Below are positions 56,373 through 64,000 of a stretch of 64,000 nt of DNA, piece after piece; positions within the stretch are counted from its first letter, which is position 1; every line of letters starts with the position of its first letter. The DNA is from Octopus vulgaris (Eukaryota): positions 96,100,001-96,164,000 of the forward strand of contig OX597821.1 in the NCBI GenBank assembly GCA_951406725.2, written 5' to 3'. The translations under genes and the position numbers were made by a program. Under the pieces are notes generated by a model that was not told the DNA's origin, ran no database searches, and worked only from the letters and a program-made list of their open reading frames with translations.

Positions 56373-56460
56373 ACATATATATGTACTTTTGTGGTGACGA
56401 CGAAGATATACGCACACACATACATACATATAGACACACACACACGCTCACGCACACATA

Positions 56461-56509
<49 letters not shown>

Positions 56510-57214
56510 GTCATAACGTCATAGAATGATTGAGTCGCTTCTAAGATATTTTCCCGTTTTATAGATGCCAGTGAGAACAAAACTTCCTACTGATAGAAAA
56601 TCTACGGTCAGCAGTATTATCCAAGGGAGAGAACTCTGCTGATATATTTTTACCGTTCACTATTTTGGTAAGGAATTTAATTCAGAGATATGCAGGAATA
56701 AGAAAAGAAAAAAATAAATAACTGATTAAACCACGCTAGAATTTTTTCTTTTTCTTTATATTTTTAAACTCGCTTTTGTTTTTCTTTTTTAAGACACGAG
56801 AATAGGTCAGAAATGGCAGAATACATCAAGGAATTAAGAGAAAAAAATAAAACGTATAAAAAGCTCAAGAGAGGACTGCATTTGTATCTTAGAATATCTT
56901 ATCTATTAAAAGTATATTTAGTTTTGATCTCCTGCCGGTATTTGCTTTAGATGTTGATTATGCTGTTTTTTCTTTGTTTTTTTATTACTTTTGCTCTTGT
57001 TTTTCTTTGTCGTTTCTATTTTTGTTCTTGTCAAATTAATCTCTTATTAAGTAGACCCATAAATAATGCTGTTCTTGCCGTAGCCATGGTGCCTTACATT
57101 CAGAATACCTATACTGGACGACAATATGCAATGTGACATTGCATTTTTGAATCAAGTTAGTGTTTGATTCGAGAGAGATTTGACTGTTATTACTAGCAGA
57201 ATGATTCGATCGCC

Positions 57215-57372
57215 CAGGCGTGGCAACCTTTTTTTCGAGAAGCGATCAGAATGAGATCCAGCTCACCATCAGGCGGACCTGATTCAAGGTTAAAAAAAAA
57301 AAAGATTCAAGGTAAATTCAATGTAGGCGTGTCATTCAGAAAGTCCCGCGGGCCGCAGATTGCCCATGACTG
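57215..57372. mobile_element. hAT/Charlie-like MITE
   Basis: Imperfect TIRs CAGGCGTGGCAACCT and AGATTGCCCATGACTG, with subterminal cccgcgggccgc. Confidence 0.5.
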
Positions 57373-58067
57373 AGAGGCTTACCTTTTTTGGTCGAAGTTA
57401 TTGTAAAACGCATTCGAGATATTAGTATTACAAATCAAAACTCATTCGAAAATGAAATGAGAGGAGTAATATATACTTTTTTATTTGTTAAGGTTATCTC
57501 AACAGATTTTCTATAGAAATCATAACCAACTGTGATTTTGTTACGGCATTTTGTTTAATATATTTTGTAATATATTTTGGTTCATTAACAAAATACGGTG
57601 TCCCTACAGGTCATTAGTATTCATAATATTTTCCGTTATATCCTTTCTCTTTTAGTGGTTTTAATTATTGGATTGAGGCTATGTTGGGGCACCGCTTTGT
57701 TGGATTTAGTCGAACAAATACTATTTTCAAATTAATTATTTATTCTATCGATATCATTTGTCGAGCTGGTAAGCTACAGGGACGTAAGAAAACCAATATC
57801 GACTATCACGCAATGGGAAAAACTAGCACAAACAGACGCATACATACATTTGGGCTTCAACACAGACAGGCTCTTTACAACAGGCTTCTCACAAGGCATT
57901 GGTCGGCACGGTACTATAGCAGAAGACACTTGGCCAAGGTGTTGTGCAAACCAGGTGTTTGTAAAGCGAGCTTCTTAACTGCGTCAATCATCATTATTAT
58001 TATTTTTTTTTAGATAGGAATCCATTATAAACACTAGTAGCGTCTGTTGAAATTCCAGTGTTATTTT

Positions 58068-58463
58068 GAGTGGCTGTGTGGTAAGTAGCTTGCTTACCAA
58101 CCACATGGTTCCGGGTTCAGTCCCACTGCGTAGTACCTTGGGCAAAGTATCTTCTAGTATAGCCTCGGGCCGACCAAAGCCTTGTGAGTGGATTTGGTAG
58201 TCGGACACTGAAAGCAGCCCGTCGTATATATGTATATGTATATATATGTGTGTGTGTGTCTCTGTTTGTCCCCCCCACCATCGCTTGACAACCGATGCTG
58301 GTGTGTTTACATCACCGTAACTTAGCAGTTCGACAAAAGGGACCGATAGAACAAGTACTAGGCTTACAAAGAATATGTCCTGGGGTCGATTTGCTCGACT
58401 AAAAGGTGATGCTCCAGCTTGGCCGCAGTCAATTGGCTGAAGCCAGCAAAAGAGTAAAGAGTA
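58068..58463 (+). mobile_element. SINE family A
   Basis: Colinear with 25806-26213. Older degenerate relatives at about 57650-57990, 59210-59370, 61063-61160 and 61830-61995. Confidence 0.88.
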
Positions 58464-59700
58464 TAAATAATTTGTTCTGTTATTATAGTTAAAAAAAAGA
58501 AAATAATTGATCCTTGTCCCTTGGGAATCAAAATGTCTGAAAGTTATATTATTTGGTGTACATTTGTCAAACTTTTACGTTGAGAATTGTTATTCATTAT
58601 TTATGTCTTTCGTCGAGAAGTAAATAATCTTGAAAGTGGATTAGAATCGAAGACATATGCAATATACACTATCATTCTACTACAATATGACTACGGGGAT
58701 GAAAATTTCACAAATTTAAACTTGCTGTATTATAGATACAGTACTGATTTCTAAACGCTGATGATCCAGAATGTATTATAATTCGCATAGTTTATGAGGA
58801 GGAACACACAACTACCACGGACGCCAGATTACTTTAATGATACGTTGCACAGAGTAGTACTGTTCACAGTATTAATAAACTTGTATCATTTATACTAATG
58901 TACTGGTATCTGTATTTCATTGAATTATTTAATTAAATTTAATATTTGTATAATTAAGAGTGTACTGACAAAGGTGACCATCATGGTTCGGAAAAATCAA
59001 TGATCTAGAAAGGCTTTGGAACCCAAGGTTCCAGAAAATTGGCCTTCTATCTGTAATTCTTTATGACCTTGTCAGGGATAAGTTCGTTTGTCGGGACAAG
59101 AACTCGCAGTCCCTATAATGTCGTACAGAAAAGTTGCTCCACTAAGTTGTAAAATCTAATAAGATGCAAAATCAAAACAAGCAAGCAACAAACACGTCAA
59201 TAATTTAGGGGAAGGTATGATTATGTGGTTAAACAGATTTCTTGTAACCATATGGTTCAGGGTTCCATCCCACTGTATAACAACTTAGGAAAGTGTCTTC
59301 TACTATAATTTCGAGCTTTTGAAGCCTTGTGGTAAATTTAGTAGGCAGAAGCAGTATAGAAGTTCGTCGTATGCATGCGTTCATAAATGTATGTATGAAC
59401 GTATGTATGTATGTATGTATGTATGTATGTATGTATGTATGTATGTATGTATGTATGTATGTATGTATGTTAAATGATTCTGATAAATGCATCAGTTTGT
59501 GTGCACGCGCGTGCTTACGTTTATGGTACTTAAAATTAGTGCTTATTTATGTGTCCAAAGCGGTTCTTTTGTACAGCGAGTACTCGAGCCCAGTATGGCC
59601 GGTAAAAGACCAAATGAATATATATATATATGCACTGAACACCACTAAACAATAAACACTTTCTTTATCCAGTTTAATTCAAAGCAGACCTAAGGTACAG

Positions 59701-59782
59701 ATTCTGATGAAACTGCACTGACAATCTTGCAAGATTTCATCTGCAACGGTGTGCAGTCGCTGCAGTGGAAACACGTGTAGGT
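59701..59782 (+). ncRNA. Type I hammerhead-like motif with canonical core and extended stem II
   Basis: CUGAUGA at 59704-59710, ACUGCA...UGCAGU stem, GAAA at 59768-59771, palindrome ACACGUGU at 59771-59778, GUA triplet. Stem I is weak (AUU/GGU). Confidence 0.6.
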
Positions 59783-60240
59783 AATGGTTATATGCTGTAA
59801 ATAACTGTAAAATACATTATCGATATGCAAATCTCCATTCCCCGTATTATTTATGTTGTTTTACATGTTACGGGACCTTTGCAGTCCTGCGTAGGACGCA
59901 CGGAATTACACAACGAGAAAATTTACTAATGTCTATCAACTTATTATAAGCGCGGTCAACAATTGCGGACCGGTGTGTTAACCGGCATCTGCAAACAAAC
60001 TGAGAGCAAACAGGATGTCCGCCTGAATAATATATTCCTGCAAACTCACTATATATATAGCTCTCTCCCTCTGTATATATATATATACAAATCGCCTGAA
60101 ATTGTAAATCCGTTCTAAAACTTAAAAAGGTTGAAGGTTAAATGTACACGGTCAATGCATGCCAAAATCGAAAATGTTAAAATGATGTATGGGTAGCTCA
60201 AAGAAGCGTATTCTTAAGTCCAGAGATCAAATTCATACAT

Positions 60241-60328
60241 ATTCTACAGCCGTTTCAGGAAAGGTATTTCAGATTGGGTGAACTATTTGTACCCATCTCG
60301 AATATATACATTTCCTTCATCAGGGATT
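60241..60328 (-). ncRNA. Type I hammerhead-like motif with canonical core and extended stem II
   Basis: On the minus strand: CUGAUGA (plus tcatcag 60317-60323), AGGAAA...UUUCCU stem II, GAAA, ACGGCUGU stem III, GUA. Stem I is degenerate. Confidence 0.55.
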
Positions 60329-61026
60329 ATTTGAAAAGTTACCCTATATTGCGATAAAAATTTGTTCAGATGACTAAAATAAATTCTAAAATGCGGGTTA
60401 AATATACTACAAATCTTACAGAAAGATGATGCATTTACGGCTATTCTAAAACATATTGGGGGTGAAACGTCGGAATTTTGGTTTTAATTATTAACATGGG
60501 TTGGCTATACATTAATGAGAAATTAATTTCAAAGTTGAAAAATACTTGTTTACAAAATATCAAAGAATCCGAAATCTTATTTAATAACATTTTCTACTTA
60601 TACGAAATATATTAATGGATTCTTTAGTACATAATCTACACATTCTAGTGTGTGTGTGTGTGTTATATGGAGTACTTTGAGCAATTATTGACCAACCTAG
60701 TTTAAATTGTTTATTTTCCGCTTTTAAATTATCTGTGTCTGACTAGTGCTGTCGAATTTTTCGTGCTCCAGTTTGTAAATGAATTTTTATACCCCCTAAG
60801 TCTATTGTGCTTCCTATGTAGATTTTCTTGGGTTCTTTTGAGGTAGTTACTTCACACCTGTAAAGTTCATTTCTATTTTTTTTTAAACAGGACACTTTTT
60901 ACGGGCAAAATTCTGGAGATCAGCAATTACAAGATTTTTTTAAATGAAATTCAAACTACTACACTCCTGATTACATTCCATGGATTCCCTTTCCTTTTCT
61001 TGAGCTACACATATATATATATATGC

Positions 61027-61061
<35 letters not shown>

Positions 61062-62307
61062 CAGGCGCGGCTGTGTAGTAAGAAGTTGCCTGCCAACCGC
61101 AGGATTCATGATTTTGGTTTCAGACCCACTGCGTGGCACCTTGGGCAAGTATCTTCTATACATATAAATTTGACATGGGCGATTCTTTCTTGTTTTGTGA
61201 TTCACGGTCAAACAGCTGCGTGGAATTGCACGGAAAATCACACAGATGTGTAGAATGATCCGGTGGTGTTGCTGGGTTTTGTATTTTTCCATAGCTCCCA
61301 TCGTTACCGAGATAATCTACTTTAATAATAATCTTGTGTTTATGAATGAGAAAGGAAGGGGTGATAGATGAATAAGGAAGGAAGGGGTGATGTCATATTT
61401 CATAGTGGGATGATGAAAATTGTATGCTGAAAAAATAAATCAAACAGCGTTTCAAATCTGTGTGAATATGTGTGTGTATGTAAAAGTGAGGGTATGTGAA
61501 TGTGTGTGTGCGCACGTGCGTGCGCGCAAGGGAAGTGGGAGGGTTCATATTTGTTCGCTTAGTATTTGGGTTTATTTTTTGATATGGTTGAATCTTGTTT
61601 TTTTGTGTTGATCAATTGTTTTTAGCGTTTTGACCGAAAAAAAGTCATTCTGAAATTGTTTTTTAACGTAAGCGTGCCCAAACAATTGGAATGCTTACAC
61701 AGAACAGGTTTTACAGCCACATCATCCAAACCGACCGGGAGAAACGGGTCTTACCTGCTAGTCTACTATAAGCTGTAATCGAGCAAAACCTAACTAGTGG
61801 ATCTGACAGACAGAGAGGGATAGAACCCCTTATATCTACGTCCCTCTAACTTAGTGGTTCAGAAAAAGAAGGGCAATAGAATAAATACCAGGTTTTAAAA
61901 TAATAAGCATTGGGATCTATCCATACGATAGAATTTCAAGTCGGTGCTCTGTCATGGCCGCAGTCTAAAGACTGAAACATGTAAAAGAATAAACAAACTA
62001 CATTCATCCATGTTTGTATGTATGTATGCATGTGTGTATGTATGCATGTATGTATGTATGTATGTATGTATGTATGTATGTATGTATGTATGTATGTGTG
62101 CGTGCGTATGTATGTATGTATGTATGTATGTATGTATGTATGTATGTATGTATGTATGTATGTATGTGTGTGTACCTGTGTGTGTGCTTCTGTCTGCGTC
62201 TGTGCTTCTATTCATGTACACACACACACACACGCACACACATATATACAAAGCAATCGATCCATCTCTATATACCATATGTGTACGTACATATGTATAT
62301 ATATACA

Positions 62308-62343
<36 letters not shown>

Positions 62344-62457
62344 TGTATGTATGTATGTATGTATGTATGTATGTATGTATGTATGTATGTATGCATGTAT
62401 GTATAAAGCAATCGATCCATCTCTATATACCATATGTGTACGTACCTATGTATATCC

Positions 62458-62505
<48 letters not shown>

Positions 62506-63369
62506 CTTAATTCAAAATAGCTGTATTTCAATCAATTATCTTTCGTAAAATATAAATAATATAAATGTTGTATTTCTAATAGATTATGTTTTCGATTTCT
62601 TTACATCGTTTATCAATCAATTTTCTAAGAAATAATGTAAATTTTATGTCTTCAATTTCTTTATAAACACCGACGAAAGTAGAATGATATAATAGATAAA
62701 CTAATATGAAAGCAGCCGACGATCAATTTCACTAAAGCGCATGCGTTAAGTGATTGACGATTTAAAATAGTTCAATAAAAAAAAAACCCCTCAAAACAAC
62801 AACACTCTTCACTGTTCTTAAAACCATCACCACCACTTTCATTTACCACTATTCCCATCGATGATACTACGATAGCGACGTCGACGACGACATGATGTCT
62901 ACGACGACATGACGTTGACTTCGACGGCGGCGGCGGCGGCAAGGACAACGAAGATGACAAGGACAACGACGACGATAACGATGACGACATTAACCACCAG
63001 CACTAGCACCACCACCACCACCACCACCACTACCAATTTAACAGCGACAACAGTTCTCTGTCTATCATACGCGCGTGTGTGTATTCGTGTATCATTTTAT
63101 ATGTGCGCAAATTTGGGTCGTTGAAATAAGTACCAGTTGAAGACGGGCTGATGCAATAGACTCAACATCTCCCCACCAAAAATTGCTGCCCTTGTGGCAA
63201 ACTTTGAAACCATTATATGCGCGCAAATGCTCTTGTCTTTCTTCTATATCTCGAGTTACCATGTCCCCTCCGGTAAACACGCTTTCTTCTCTATCTCTTT
63301 CTTCTCACTCTCTCTCCCTTTCTTTCTTCTCTCCTCAGCTAACCACTTCACAGCGTAATGTAAACAGGC

Positions 63370-63545
63370 ACATTAGTAGATTTGAGTTCAAATTCCGCCG
63401 AGGTCGACTTCGCCTTTCATCCTTTCGGGGTCGATAAATTAAGTACCAGTTACGCACTGGGGTCGATGTAATCGACTTAATCCGTTTGTCTGTCCTTGTT
63501 TGTCCTCTCTGTGTTTAACCCCTTATGGGTATTAAAGAAACAAAT
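63370..63545 (+). mobile_element. SINE family B (5'-truncated)
   Basis: Matches 18425-18583. Confidence 0.85.
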
Positions 63546-64000
63546 ATTGTATATCATTATCCATTCAGAATAAAAACTAAGGGGTATCGTGTTTTATGGT
63601 TGTACGGCTAACATATCTCGCATAACGTTATTATACAGGTTAACGTGACGTTAGATGATGTAGAAACTAACGTATGACGTCACTATAAATATGTGATGCT
63701 CACCAATCTGAAAAAACAATACGTGATGTCACATGATGCAGACGTCACATCCCTTGTAACATGTTACAAGAGATGTGACGTCAGGTGAAAGAGACTAATT
63801 AAGCTGAAATTATATTGAGATAAACATGTGAGGTCGGATGATGGAGAGTTTAATATATTATGTGAGAGAAGTTAAACGGATGTGACGTAGCACGAGGAAG
63901 AGTTTTAACACATAGCAACAGATAAAGTAATGATTAATTAATAGGTGGTATCACGTCAGATGATTAGCGTTTATCATATGATGTTAGATTATAGAAAGGT

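Overview
Repeat-dense, AT-rich animal genomic DNA. The SINE families and extreme microsatellite load look like an octopus/cephalopod genome (inference). The only well-supported host coding sequence is one internal minus-strand exon (6188-5923) of a Kv3/Shaw-type potassium channel (end of T1 domain to pre-S1). I found no upstream exon, so most of the window is probably one very large intron. Almost all short ORFs in the track are microsatellite or SINE translations. The main object is a recently inserted, nearly complete Penelope-like element (PLE, 40451-45137) in a (TA)n tract, with ~217-bp pseudo-LTRs. It has two ORFs rather than the usual one: a 431-aa coiled-coil/low-complexity ORF1 and an RT + GIY-YIG ORF2 whose upstream part has no ATG. 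ORF2 could be reached by a -1 frameshift at a correctly phased T TTT TTA heptamer, or by splicing out ORF1 as a 1408-nt GT-AG intron that gives an in-frame ATG leader. Each pLTR has a CCAAT/E2F/TATA-like promoter and a variant (U3-A8) minimal hammerhead fold overlapping that ATG and donor. At least seven more hammerhead-like motifs from other repeat families occur in the window, several in the sense of the channel pre-mRNA. Also present: RLE LINE 3' fragments beside (TAA)n and (ACAT)n tracts, RTE, CR1 and Jockey-like fragments, a decayed mariner, MITEs, four SINE families and two ~100-bp inverted repeats. All calls come from manual reading, with no database search or folding software.
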